Below, in pieces: positions 37,301 through 46,590 of a stretch of DNA of 64,000 nt (position 1 is the stretch's first letter; every line of letters begins with the position of its first letter). Position numbers and translations under genes: made by a program. The notes under the pieces are model-generated. The model made no database searches and was not told the origin of the DNA. It saw nothing but the letters and a program-made list of their open reading frames with translations. This DNA comes from Paragordius varius (lineage: Eukaryota > Animalia > Nematomorpha), in contig OZ176058.1 of assembly GCA_964247055.1 (NCBI GenBank), forward strand, positions 1,798,001 through 1,862,000, in the 5' to 3' direction.

Positions 37301-38088
37301 TAATTTTGGATTTGATCGACAGTAAGGAGTAATTAATTTTTAAGAAGAAAATTTAAAATCTATAATCTTTATTTTGTGTAATCTTTATAAAGTTTTTACA
37401 GTATGAGTAAGTATTCATTGTGCTAGAAAGTTATTAATTATTGCCATCAAATAGCATATACCACAAAGGGGGCATTATTATTGGTTTATAGTTATTTTTT
37501 TCATTTTATACTTACTATTATTAGCCAATAAAAATTCTCCTTACTGCAGATGCTATTTGACAATAATTAATAACTTTCTAGCAATGTTATACTTACCCAT
37601 ACTGTATATTCAATATACATCTCTATGCCTTATTTTGCAACGTTAACGATAATAGGTTTTAAAATATGTTTTACCTACCCTTAAAAAAATTAAGTTAATA
37701 TTTATATATTTAAGGTTTTTTGTTTTCATATGATTTTCTTATTTTCTCTTTTAAGAATTTCTTTTGTAGTTCAAAAAACATTTTTGATATCCTTAAAACT
37801 TAAATTTTATTTATAAAATCAACAATTAACAAAAAATTTTTCTTTTATATTTCAAAAACATTTTTGATATTTTAAATGCTTAAATTTCATTTATGAAACC
37901 AACAATTAACTAAAATTAACTAAATTTAAACTCTTTTATATATTATGCATACAGAATTACAAGGCAAACGCCCTCGAAGTACCTTAGAAATAGCTATTGG
38001 TCAAGCTTCCAAATGTCTTAAATTAATGTCACGAAATAATATGGGTCAATGTGGTTTTGTCTCCTTGTCAAATTTTTTGCCCAAATAA
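2813..38088 (+). CDS. RANBP9: Ran-binding protein 9/10 (RanBPM) homolog, spliced CDS of 16 exons in window; 5' part (most of SPRY) lies upstream of position 1
   Basis: Spliced translation gives [37 protein letters not shown] (SPRY end), DWGTILQRITYDYLMHQGYIKTAQSF (LisH), KIQNLVLGGQIGAAL...LLFRLRCRRFIEMMSG (CTLH), IEAILEYGRAL...RQLQDAFSVLAYSNPW...LDPLNREPLALQLNSIIL...AIGQASKCLKLMSRNNMGQCGF (CRA), colinear with remembered RANBP9/10. All introns are GT-AG, and exon lengths sum to 2675 nt (2 + 891 codons including the stop), so phases are consistent. Confidence 0.95.
3270..3800. repeat. Degenerate AT-rich tandem repeat (core TTCATATAAACAAAATTGTA)
   Basis: Core recurs near 3277, 3370, 3451, 3663, 3758. 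Confidence 0.7.
3994..4180 (+). CDS. RANBP9: RanBP9/10 exon, SPRY C-terminus [10 protein letters not shown]...NSIPISL
   Basis: aattag|CCCAAC...TCATTAA|gtaagt; contains supplied ORF 4012-4203. Confidence 0.95.
4331..7860 (+). repeat. Array of 13 copies of the last ~105 nt of exon 3994-4180 plus donor
   Basis: TTTTGACAAAATCAGCTGTTT...ATACCTATTTC(A/G)...GT(A/G)AGT near 4331, 4580, 4834, 5080, 5383, 5638, 5889, 6149, 6394, 6698, 6971, 7238, 7780; unit about 250-300 bp. Confidence 0.95.
9020..9149 (+). CDS. RANBP9: RanBP9/10 exon, linker to LisH (…LDWGTILQR)
   Basis: ttttag|ATCATAAT...TTACAAAG|gtagta; phases 1-2 bridge the neighbouring exons; DWGTILQ resembles EWQTMIQ. Confidence 0.85.
10376..10455 (+). 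CDS. RANBP9: RanBP9/10 exon, LisH (ITYDYLMHQGYIKTAQSF)
   Basis: aatag|GATAACA...TCTACAA|gtaaaa; LisH YLxHxGY motif. Confidence 0.9.
11037..11078 (+). CDS. RANBP9: RanBP9/10 exon (NSKSDDIDVENRK)
   Basis: ttttag|CTAATTCT...AGAAAAA|gtaata; NRK precedes the CTLH IQxLV motif. Confidence 0.85.
11488..11510 (+). repeat. Single copy of acceptor + 5' edge of exon 11965
   Basis: TTTTAGAAATTCAAAATTTAGT identical to 11959-11980. Confidence 0.7.
11965..12099 (+). CDS. RANBP9: RanBP9/10 exon, CTLH start (KIQNLVLGGQIGAALGECNNKYPAIF)
   Basis: ttttag|AAATTCAA...ATTGAAA|gtttat; donor is weak but phase fits. Confidence 0.85.
12100..13950. repeat. Highly degenerate ~380-bp AT-rich tandem repeat filling the intron
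   Basis: AATGAAAG motif near 12371, 12741, 13081, 13521, 13901, with recurring GATAATTTCGG. Confidence 0.5.
13990..14640 (-). mobile_element. Degenerate coding-like island, possible non-LTR retrotransposon relic
   Basis: Broken minus-strand frames: RKNF/KLYKPDWQKYAHRIEINW and YPKWILVHTIDGL*RISKKIDKRY, reminiscent of the linker between LINE endonuclease and RT; many stops. Confidence 0.3.
14851..15276 (+). CDS. RANBP9: RanBP9/10 exon, CTLH end plus start of linker (LLFRLRCRRFIEMMSG)
   Basis: aaacag|CTCCAAAA...AATATAG|gtatat; contains ORF 14943-15332. Confidence 0.9.
15441..15682. mobile_element. MITE-B (Tc1/mariner-type, TA TSD, ~90-bp TIR CAGTAAAAA…CGGACAAAACG…AAAGACAACCATAC)
   Basis: TA|CAGTAAAAA…TTTGCTG|TA. 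Confidence 0.75.
15695..16780. mobile_element. Foldback-like MITE-A with right arm expanded to about 40 copies of the 21-mer GGGTGAATTTGAATTGTTCAA
   Basis: Left arm TTTACAATTCAAATTCACCC…, AT-rich core, long right-arm array. Confidence 0.85.
16827..17099 (+). CDS. RANBP9: RanBP9/10 Asn/Asp-rich linker exon
   Basis: taacag|AATCAACT...TTTTCAG|gttttt; open frame in phase 1-1; contains ORF 16853-17113. Confidence 0.75.
17160..20830 (+). repeat. Array of about 18 copies of the 3' end + donor of exon 16827-17099
   Basis: …AATAATTGTGTAACTAA(C/T)AATGACGAAGGAAATGGCTTTTT…G|GT recurring about every 200 bp. Confidence 0.9.
21365..22150. mobile_element. MITE-A with expanded right arm (about 28 x 21-mer)
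   Basis: Same core (CCCTAAAATAAATTATATGTTT…CACAAAATTTATTTTTAGGG) followed by a 21-bp array. Confidence 0.8.
22230..22439 (+). CDS. RANBP9: RanBP9/10 Cys-rich linker exon (CTCQCC...CC...CLNCPQCKIVC)
   Basis: aataag|AAAACAAT...GATTATG|gtaaac; 210 nt, open, phase 1-1. Confidence 0.75.
23327..23476 (+). CDS. RANBP9: RanBP9/10 Cys-rich linker exon (CFCEEC...CPLCC...VCIE)
   Basis: ttctag|AACATTCT...ATTGAAT|gtaagt; 150 nt, phase 1-1. Confidence 0.8.
24746..24786. repeat. (TA)n microsatellite (one of many, e.g. near 1225, 2608, 8725, 9905, 33958, 34297, 50419)
   Basis: Direct reading. Confidence 0.95.
24931..25023 (+). CDS. RANBP9: RanBP9/10 linker exon (CLKEQQNGK...HNLMKD)
   Basis: ttttag|GCCTTAAA...AAAGATG|gtagaa; 93 nt, phase 1-1. 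Confidence 0.75.
25695..27350 (+). repeat. Intronic minisatellite, ~19-21-bp unit (AAGGACCAACTTGAAATGTTC) with higher-order variants
   Basis: About 80 consecutive variant units; recurring subunits GATGAAGTGTTA, AATTACTAACTTAAAGTGTTT, CAAAAGAATAAGTTTG. Confidence 0.95.
28150..29180 (+). repeat. Six copies of acceptor + 5' edge of exon 29311
   Basis: TTAG(A)TTGTAT(G/A)TCAGTTAATTCAAATAC near 28157, 28376, 28521, 28737, 28963, 29133. Confidence 0.9.
29311..29642 (+). CDS. RANBP9: RanBP9/10 acidic/Ser-rich linker exon
   Basis: ttttag|AGTGTATG...AAAATG|gttttt; contains ORF 29316-29684; phase 1-0 matches the next exon. Confidence 0.85.
29735..30290 (+). repeat. Three decayed copies of the 3' end of exon 29311-29642
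   Basis: ATTCTACA...ACACCCTATTGTAAAAAATTATGTGGGAAA...AAAATG|GTAAAT aligns with exon AATTCTACA...ACACCTTATGGTGAAGATTATATGGAAAG...AAAATG|GT. Confidence 0.7.
30669..30885 (+). CDS. RANBP9: RanBP9/10 exon, CRA start (IEAILEYGRALRIQAEAL)
   Basis: ttttag|AATATGCC...GAAAAAA|gtaatg; resembles IERMIHFGRELQ. Confidence 0.9.
31045..33180 (+). repeat. About 11 copies of the 3' end + donor of exon 30669-30885
   Basis: TTAAA(A/G)GCGAA...CTCAAAAATTTG...AATGAAAAG(T/C)CTAAAGAAAAAA|GTA recurring about every 190 bp and decaying distally. Confidence 0.9.
33280..35330 (+). repeat. About 6 copies of acceptor + 5' edge of exon 35533
   Basis: TAG|GCTCAA...AAACGCC...AAACGATAAAAATTTGG(G/A)TGAATTTGCAA near 33290 (partial), 33527, 33831, 34168, 34673, 35252; the 33831 and 34168 blocks are a near-identical 337-bp duplication. 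Confidence 0.9.
34793..35102. mobile_element. MITE-A copy (5 left and 2 right 21-mers)
   Basis: TTTACAGTTCAAATTCACCC…GGGTGAATTTGAATTGTAAATGG|TATA. Confidence 0.85.
35533..35663 (+). CDS. RANBP9: RanBP9/10 exon (…ADEIDRQLQ)
   Basis: aaatag|GCTCAACG...TTACAA|gtattt; the only copy of this repeated acceptor block that continues open to a donor in the phase needed for DAFS. Confidence 0.8.
35981..36531. mobile_element. MITE-B with an internal MITE-A fragment and partial internal duplication
   Basis: CAGTAAAAATTTATACGGAC…TTTTACTG|TA; MITE-A core at about 36130-36360. Confidence 0.7.
37084..37195 (+). CDS. RANBP9: RanBP9/10 exon, CRA core (DAFSVLAYSNPWES...NSIIL)
   Basis: aatag|GATGCC...ATATTGG|gtaaaa. 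Confidence 0.95.
37399..37604. mobile_element. MITE-E (Tc1/mariner-type, TA TSD, ~55-bp TIR)
   Basis: TA|CAGTATGAGTAAGTAT…GCTAGAAAGTTATTAATTATTG mirrored by CAATAATTAATAACTTTCTAGC…ATACTTACCCATACTG|TA. Confidence 0.85.
37955..38088 (+). CDS. RANBP9: RanBP9/10 last coding exon (ELQGKRP...CGFVSLSNFLPK*)
   Basis: atacag|AATTACAA...CCCAAATAA; matches the RANBP9/10 C-terminus (GQAxxCLxLM...GxCxF). Confidence 0.95.
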
Positions 38089-38176
38089 CTCAAATATTTT
38101 GTTTATTCAAAAGAGAAGAAAATTTAATTATATTAAATATTTGCTCTTAAATCTTATAAAATATATATTGAAATAC

Positions 38177-38182
38177 AATAAA
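38177..38182 (+). promoter_or_regulatory. Candidate polyadenylation signal of the RanBP9/10 gene
   Basis: First AATAAA about 90 nt after the stop; weak evidence in such AT-rich DNA. Confidence 0.3.
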
Positions 38183-38293
38183 CAACCATAATTTTGGATA
38201 TATGCGAGGTTTTTTTTAAAAAATTATTACTAAAAAATGTTTAAATGTGTAAATGAAAAAAAGTATGAAATTTTTATTTTTTAATTACATTAG

Positions 38294-38480
38294 GCATTTT
38301 AATGGTTGCTTATTTCACAATAGTAGGGGCAATTTGCAATACAACACAGTAGTGTATGGAAAAAAACAAAAAAAAAGTTGAATAAACAATTATTTCCTTT
38401 CTTTTCTTTTTTCCATACACTACTGTTGTGTTGCAAATTCTGCTCTACTATAAGTGTGAAATAAGCAACTATTAAAATGC
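38294..38480. repeat. ~75-bp inverted repeat (long hairpin) just downstream of the RanBP9/10 stop
   Basis: GCATTTTAATGGTTGCTTATTTCAC…CAGTAGTGTATGGAAAAAA mirrored by TTTTTTCCATACACTACTG…GTGAAATAAGCAACTATTAAAATGC. Confidence 0.9.
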
Positions 38481-38547
38481 ATATTCTAATTTAACAATTT
38501 AAAAAACGCTCGTATATCTAATATTATGGCTCTTTACTGAATAAATA

Positions 38548-38833
38548 CAGTAAAAATTAAAATTATACTATGGACAAAACGTAAAAATATAAAGACAAAC
38601 ATTTTTTTCTAAAAGACAACCACTATACTTTTTTGAACTATATTTTACAAAATGTAATTCTCATTTTTACAAATTGCAATTCATAAAATTGATAGATATA
38701 TATATTGGTGATAAATCAATTATATATTGACGATTGTAATTAAATAGCTTATGTGAAAAAGTATGGGTTTTTTAGAAAACAAAATTTGTCATTTTATTTT
38801 TAAGTTTTGTCCGTAAAATTTCACTTTTTACTG
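38548..38833. mobile_element. MITE-B complete copy
   Basis: TA|CAGTAAAAA…TTTTTACTG|TA. Further copies near 2480, 7355, 9315, 39452, 47392, 52880, 55170, 57540, 63430. Confidence 0.85.
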
Positions 38834-41124
38834 TATATTGGTCATTTTGTAAGAATATATGATATGAAATATATAGTATGTATGCTTGTATATATATGTA
38901 TAATTATTGTGCAAAAATGTATCATCCATAAATTATATTAATATATTATATTATTGTAATATCCAATATTTGATTCTTTTGAAAAACTATGGCAGTCGCA
39001 AAATTTTACTAAATGTGTATCATATGATTTGAAAATAAATTATTAGTTATTGAAATATATTACAAAATATAAAGCTTTTGGAATATTTTATTTAACTTTT
39101 TTTAAATTAAATTAAGATATTTTAGAGTTATACGTTTTCCGAAAAATTGCAATCAAATTTAATTTTATCGAATAATATATTAACTAAATATTATTAGTTG
39201 TCTGTTCATTATAAACTTGATATTTAGCGTTAATTAGGTATTGGAAAATTAGATATTTGTATTCAAAATTTTAGTTATGCTATTAAAAATCTATAACCAA
39301 AAATGTTTAAATGTTTACAAAAAAATAAAAGACAATTTATGTTCCATAATTTCTCAAATATTGATATTTACAATGCAATTTACAATTCAAATTCACCATA
39401 AAAATAAATTAAGTGTTTACAAGCTGATATAACTCATTTAATATGAAATATATAGTAAAAATGGAAATAATACGGACAAATCGTAAAAATATAAAAACAA
39501 AATTTTTTTTTTCAAAGGACAACCATACTTTTTTAGACCTCAATATATAAAAATATTTAATTACAATCGTAAAATATATAATTGATTGTGTTACCAATTC
39601 ACAATTCTACATTATACTTTGTAGTTTAGCACAATTTGTTATATATATAAAAAAAATAAAGAATAAAAAAAGTATGGTTGTCTTGAAAAAGTATTTGTTT
39701 TCAAATTTACAAGTTTTGTCCGTATATTTCTAATATTTATTGTATCTTCATTGCTTAGTATATTTTTCCGTAAATTTTAAACAAAATTCCTTTTATAAAT
39801 AGTATCAAAAATACGGGTAATTTTTAATCTTAAAAAACACATAATTTTTTAGGGTGAATTTGAAATGTTCAAGGGTTTCGAAGTGGTATATATGAATTTA
39901 AAGTTTTTATACATTGTGTAGCCAATTAAAACTCCGTTTGTAAACTCTAAGTTTAAAAGAATTTATGAAAATTTTCATCCTTTTAATTTTTACGTTTTGT
40001 CCGTTAAGTTTCAGATTTACTTGGACAAATAAATTTTCCATATGTTTAACAGATTTAAAAATAACCATTAAAAAGATGAAATATCTATTAGATTAAACTC
40101 CTAAACTCGGATAACTCCAAAACATGATGGAGGCAAACTGCTGATATTAAAAAAAATATTAAAAAATTTCTGGAATTTAATTTATAAGCTGTCTTAAGTC
40201 AATTTAATTATAATATACAATTATTTGCCCAATTTATTAGCGTTTTTAAAAAAAAAAACATGAAAAAAATGGCGGCGAAAACGTTTGAGATGATAATTTT
40301 TAAAATTTTATATCATGCAAAATTGCTAAATATTTTTAGAATATTTAAGATTTTTTAGTGATAAAATATAATTATCGAAACATAATAAAAATTCATATTA
40401 TCTTAAATTTAAATTTAATTATAAAGTGAATAAGAATTGCTTTATTTAGAGGGGTTTAAAAATTTAGGAATCCATATTTACTAACTTTTTTTTAAAAAAT
40501 GGATAATTATTTTTTGATAAAATTTTGGTGAAGCAATATTTGAGATATTTTGGGTGGAAACGGTATAAAAACAGTTTAATATATTATATAAACACTGTTG
40601 TCTATATGATTGGATGATTTGAAACAATCACTCATATTAAAAAATCTTAATCTTTCTTATAATTACAAATTTAAAAAATTTGTCGACAAACAAGTCTTTT
40701 CAAAACAAATTACTCATTTATTATAATAAAACTTATAAAATTTATATTTAATTTATATTTTTTTTTCAAAAAAACCCAATTTTAAACTATGTTACTTTGA
40801 TCATCGTCAGCATAAAGTTTGCTATTGTCAAATTTATTTTATTAAAAAATTCATCAGACTGAAATATTATTTATCATCCAGTTTAACCACAATTATGTTG
40901 ATGTTAATTTAAAATATTTTCTTGTTTTATGCATCGTTCATTTAGCGACGTTTAAAAAAGTTGGCAATGAATTTATTTATAGAATAGGTAAAGTGTTTGC
41001 TTGAATAAATAATGAAATATTATCCAGCTAGTATATACTGCAAAGGTATTTTCTTTGATAATTAACAAGAAAAATGCAAAATTATAACGTTTGGTCAATA
41101 ATATATCTCTTTACTAAATATAGA

Positions 41125-41467
41125 CCATTTACAATAATTCACCCTTGAACAATTCAAATCACCCTTGAACAGAAATTCACCCTAAAATATATTATATGTT
41201 GGGCTAATATAACTAACTCATCATGAATATGAAATATATTCTTATGGTATAGTTTGTTATTTTATCACCATTATATTAATTTTAAACAGAATTTCATATT
41301 TTTAAAATTTAAATAATAAAGATAATTTTAAATGTAAAAAACACATAATTTATTTTAGGGTGGATTTGTATTGTTCGAGGGTGAATTTGAATTGTTTTAA
41401 GGGTGAATTTGATATGTTTAAGGGTGAATTTATAAAATGTTTAAGGGTGAATTTAAATTGTAAATGG
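41125..41467. mobile_element. MITE-A copy
   Basis: CCATTTAC…GTAAATGG termini with 21-mers in both arms. Confidence 0.8.
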
Positions 41468-42218
41468 TATCATGCAAAAATAATGAAAATACATATACTA
41501 TAAAAGTGAAAAATTTATTAATGAATAAAAATATCATTATTTGAATCATTACGAAATATGCGCCCTCTATAATTTATAAATGTATATATTTATCCATAAA
41601 ATATATTATTTTTAATACATTTTTAATTATTATTATTATATTATTTTAAATTTATTAGCTCCTTTTAACAATAATTAAATTTTGCTAAATATTATCGATT
41701 TGTAATTTTATAGGGTATATGTGACTAATATCACTGTGCAACACGATTTTTAGACCAGAGTGAAAATTACTACATCTTATAGAGAATTTTTTTCTGAAAA
41801 TAATGATATATTTAATATTTTCCTAGCACTTTTTCGCGAGCCGTTAAAAGGTTTTAAAAATTCAAAAACCATCAAAAATGCCTGTTTTTGTAACCCTATA
41901 ATTTTTTGAATTTTATAGCTTATTATTTATTTTTTGGAGGATATTACAGATTATATTTTAAAATTCATGTAACATTTTAAAATTTTTAAAAGTCTCTACT
42001 ACTTTTTGATTTATTTGGAAAAAACGAAACTTAGCTCCAAAAAAATAGCGTTTCAAAACAATGAAAAATTAAGAGACGTGCAGGCACCATACCATTTTTT
42101 TATACATAACAAAATGGAAAAATTTAATGTTAATATTAATTAAAACTTGCAAATATTAATTTTAGGAATAAATTAATATATATATATATACAGTATAATT
42201 AATAAAATAATAAATATA

Positions 42219-42447
42219 CAGTCATGTATCCTTTATTTTATCAAAAATTTATTTTCTTTCATTAAATGGGTATAAATATTTGTTAAAGAATGGAAAAAAC
42301 AAGAGCACTATGGTATTAACAATATCATATTCATCAAAAAATATAAAAATTACCATAGAGCTCTTGTTTTTTCCATTCTTTACCAAATATTTATACCCAT
42401 TTAACAAAATAAAATAAATTTTTGATAAAATAAAGGATACATGACTG
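42219..42447. mobile_element. MITE-C (Tc1/mariner-type, TA TSD, ~100-bp TIR CAGTCATGTATCC), nested in the Chapaev-like element
   Basis: TA|CAGTCATGTATCCTTTATTTTATC…GATAAAATAAAGGATACATGACTG|TA. Confidence 0.9.
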
Positions 42448-43031
42448 TATGTTAATATTAATTAAAGAATGTAAATATTAATTTTAGGAATAAATCAAGT
42501 ATATTTATAAAATAATTAAAAAATAATAAATATATAAATATATTTATAAATAAGAATTACTTTTAAACATGCAAATTATATGTATTGTACATGATTATAT
42601 GAATCATGATATTTTGTTTTTTAATATACGAAAGTTTTTTTCAACAAATAAAATACTTTTTAAACATGTAAATAAATATAAACTGAATGTGTTGAACTAA
42701 AAGAAAAGCAAAAAAGGCATTCATTTGTTTTTTTCCCGAAAATAACTTTCATAAATTTTATATCCATGAATCCCAATGAGGTCATTTTTTATGTTATATT
42801 AGAACATTTTATAGTTAAATAAATTCAATATAATCAATTTTTTTAATTTAAATTTACCCTTTTTTAATTGTGGCACGTTTAAATAAAATTTAACTTCATT
42901 TTTCAATCCATAACATAACTTGAAACAGTAAATAAGACGTTTAAAGGTACGCTTATTTTGATTTTTTGTTGTGTAAAAAAGCGTTCTGTCGCGTTGTTAC
43001 AGGTGAAGTTATTATATGCATTTATTTTTAG

Positions 43032-43418
43032 CGGCGCAAATGTTTGAGGGACCCTAATTCGTTTTGCCACGTCTGTGGACAATACATATTCAGAAACTCA
43101 CGAAGACGAAAAATAAGTGAAAGGGCTAAAGCTGCCTACGAGGCGAAATTCAATCTACCTTTAATGGACCAAGACAAGCCATGGAGCCCGCATTCATTAT
43201 GTCAAACATGCTACAATGGTTTATTGGTATGGCCTGATAAAAAAATTTTGAAAATTGAAGAACCTATGGCCTGGCATGAACCGAAAGACCATATAACGGA
43301 TTGCTATTTTTGCTGTTCTAACATTTCCACATTCAACAAATCTGCTAAAAAACAAATTTTATATGCCAATACTTTGTCCACTACACCCCCCATTTTTAGG
43401 GCAGGAAGAAAACACTGA
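43032..43418 (+). pseudogene. Chapaev3-like transposase N-terminal Zn-finger fragment, truncated
   Basis: RRKCLRDPNSFCHVCG…DQDKPWSPHSLCQTC…PMAWHEPKDHITDCYFC matches the remembered Chapaev motifs PxSFCYxCG / DQDKxWAPH / PMxWREPxxHxxDCYFC; no catalytic domain follows. Confidence 0.8.
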
Positions 43419-44878
43419 TACGTTGAAACCTTATCCACCACTTCCCGTCTAACTATAGTAAAACGAAAAATGAATCTTTCTGTATTAAATTTTTTAAAAC
43501 CTTAGTAGTTTAAAATAAATAAATTTACTTAAAATTAATAACAAAAATATATAATAACATATTTATATTACAAAAAATCATATAAAATTAATTCAAACAC
43601 AGAGTTTATTATCCATTAACATTAATAAATTTAAAAATATTACCATTTTAATATTAAATTTATTATTATAACATTTTTCATATTTATAAAAAAGCAATTG
43701 AATTTTATTATTTTAGTAATGTATAATAAAAAGCTGTCAATCAAATGATGCCAGTATGTCTCTTAATTTTTCATTGTTTTGAAACGCTATTTTTTTGGAG
43801 CTAAGTTTCGTTTTTTCCAAATAAATCAAAAAGTAGTAGAGACTTTTAAAAATTTTAAAATGTTACATGAATTTTAAAATATAATTTGTAATATCCCCCC
43901 AAAAAAATATAATAAGCTGTATAATTCAAAAAGTTATAGGGTTACAAAAACAGGCATTTTTGATGGTTTTTGGATTTTTAAAACCTTTTAGCGGCTCGTG
44001 AAAAAGTGCTAGGAAAATATTAAATATATCATTATTTTCAGAAAAAAATTCTCTATAAGATGTCGTAATTTTCACTCTGGTCTAAAAGAAAAGGATAAAA
44101 TTTGTTGCACAGTGTATTAGTGAAATCACTATTAAATAAAAGTTATATTATTTTAATTAACAATATATGCGCCCTCTTTAATTTATAAATGTATATATTT
44201 ATCCATAAAATATATTATTTTTAATACATTTTTAATTATTATTATAATATTTTAAATTTATTAGCTTCTTCAAACATAATTATATTTTGCCAAGTTAGTA
44301 ATTTTGTGCAGTTTTATAGAGTAAGCGACTAATACTTATTCGGTAAAAGATATGGTTTATTTATAAAATATACCATTTTACACGAGCAATTTTCCGGAAA
44401 ACGTAACTCTAATTCATTTATCAATATTAGAGAAATTTTTAAGTTTTTTACAATTATAAAAAAATTATTTTTGTCGATTTTTTTTGAAAAAGGTGGCATT
44501 TTACGGGGGGAGCGGGTAAAAAGAGGGCCTAAATTAGAAAAGTGAGATGTGGACTATGTTCGGCGCAATCGAAAATAAGTAAACAAAAATCATATTTAAA
44601 ATTGAATGGTCCAACGCGTTCTCCGGAAAATTGTCTCAAAGACACGATTTTTGTGGACTTGTGTTTTCAAAAAAAAACCCATTTTTCACACGGGGTGGGC
44701 CCGAACTGGGGCCCTATTTCTAAAAAAGGGCGAAGCTATTGTCGGGGCATTCATTAATGATTATATTTTTTCGATGTTTGGATTTGAATGGGACTACCGG
44801 TTTTCCGGAAACAGATCACAAAGCCACCACTTTCCATTTTAATAAATATATATATATACAGACAAAATGTGTAAAATA

Positions 44879-45103
44879 CAGTCATGTATTCTTTATAGTA
44901 TCAAAAATTTATTTTTTTCGTTAAATAAGCATAAATATTAGGTACAAGAGCTCTATGGTATTAACAATATCATATTTATTAAATCAAAAAGTATAAGAAT
45001 TACTATAGACGACCTCTTGTTTTTTCCATTCTTTACCAAATATTTATACCCACCCATTTAACGAAAAAAATTAATTTGCGATAAAATAAAGGATGCATGA
45101 CTG
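44879..45103. mobile_element. MITE-C copy
   Basis: TA|CAGTCATG…CATGACTG|TA. Confidence 0.85.
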
Positions 45104-45135
45104 TATTGTTATATTATTATACGTACAAAATGTGT

Positions 45136-46465
45136 AAACACAGTCCATGTATCATTTATTTTATCAAAAAAAAATTTTTTATTAAATGGGTATAAATATG
45201 TAAAGAATGGTAAAACAAAACCTCTATGGTAAAACAAAAATATCATATTAACACTTGGATACAAATCATTCCTTTTAGTCCTTCGATTCAAATTGGGGTA
45301 GTTAAATACCCCAGGCCTGTTTAAAATTAAATTCTCTTAAAAATATGGAAGTAATCGAAACCATGGCAAAATTGTGCACTTATATAACATTAATAAACCT
45401 AAATATACAAAAACTTTTACTAAAAAATACTTGATAATACTTATTTTAAGCTAAAACCGAAAGGTAAAAATTTAGTCAACGTGACATGTGTGCAATGGTA
45501 AAATTGAAAAATAATACAAAATAAAACGCTTTTTTATTTCTATCAATGTTATATGTAATACAAATAAAAAATTAGCTTTAATTTTAATCTAACAATTAAA
45601 TGAAGATGATGTTTTTAGAAAATTTTGCAAAATATAAATGGCGTCGAAGTAGTTTGAGTAACTTTTTTTTTCAAAACAAAATTTTATAATATGTTGGCAT
45701 ATTTATATAATTTTTATTAGTATAGAAGCATAAATTTAAATTGGGACCGTTTCCTTCAGTAGTTTTTTTAAAATCCCAACTCAAATTTAGCCTGGGGTAT
45801 TTAGATACCCCAATTGAATCGAAATGTTAATCAAAAAGTATAAGAATCACCATAGGTATCAGTCATGTATCCTTTATCAAAAATTTATTTATTTTGAATG
45901 AGTATATAAATATTTGGTAAAGAATGGAGAAAACAAGAGAAAGTATAATAATCACCATAGGTATACAGTCATGTATCCTTTATTTTATCAAAAATTTATT
46001 TTTTTCGTTAATGGGCGGTATAAATATTTGGTAAGAATGGTAAAAACAAGAACTCATGGTATTAACAATATCATATTAATCAAATCAAAAAGTATAAGAA
46101 TCACCATAGGTATACAGTCATGTATCCTTTATTTTATCAAAAAATTATTTTTTTTTCGTTAGGGCGTATAAGTATTTGGTAAAGAATGGAAAAAACAAGA
46201 GAAAGTATAATAATTACCATAGGTCTACAGTTATGTATCCCTTATTTATCGAAAAATTATTTTTTTTTCGTTAAATGGCGGTATAAATATTTGGTAACGA
46301 ATGGGAAAAAACAATAATTCTATGTTATTAACAATATCATATTAATCAAAAAGGAATAAGAATTACCATAGACCATTTGTTTTTTCCATTCTTTACCAAA
46401 TATTTATACCCACCCATTTACCGAAAAAATAAATTTTTGATAAAATTATAAAGGATACATGACTA
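45136..46465. mobile_element. Composite MITE-C with tandemly reiterated left arms, interrupted by the piggyBac-like MITE
   Basis: Left arms CAGTCATGTATCC near 45140, 45859, 45967, 46116, 46228; single right arm ending GGATACATGACT near 46463. Confidence 0.75.
45252..45826 (+). mobile_element. MITE-D, piggyBac-like (TTAA TSD, CAC termini)
   Basis: TTAA|CACTTGGATAC…AATCGAAATG|TTAA, inserted in the centre of a MITE-C. Confidence 0.85.
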
Positions 46466-46590
46466 TAAACAGTATTTTTCTTGAGACAAGACAACCTTCT
46501 GTTTTCAAAACTTTATACCTTTTTAATTAAGAAATCAATCGCATTAGGCACAAAGATTCATTCTCACGTGCCGATTACCAGGTATATATA

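Larger units (their letters stand above)
41732..44114 (+). mobile_element. Internally deleted Chapaev-like (CMC superfamily) DNA transposon with ~355-bp TIRs
   Basis: TAT|CACTGTGCAAC…GTTGCACAGTG|TAT (3-bp TSD); TIRs about 41732-42090 and 43746-44114, nearly identical; internal transposase fragment. Confidence 0.85.

Noticed and set aside
40790-40835. Minus-strand KLYADD resembling the reverse-transcriptase YADD motif
   Set aside because: Flanked by stops within a few codons, with no other RT motifs nearby; may be chance.
44542-44924. Overlapping ORFs 44542, 44606, 44739
   Set aside because: Three short overlapping frames in a GC-richer repeat fragment; no recognisable motif or splice signals.
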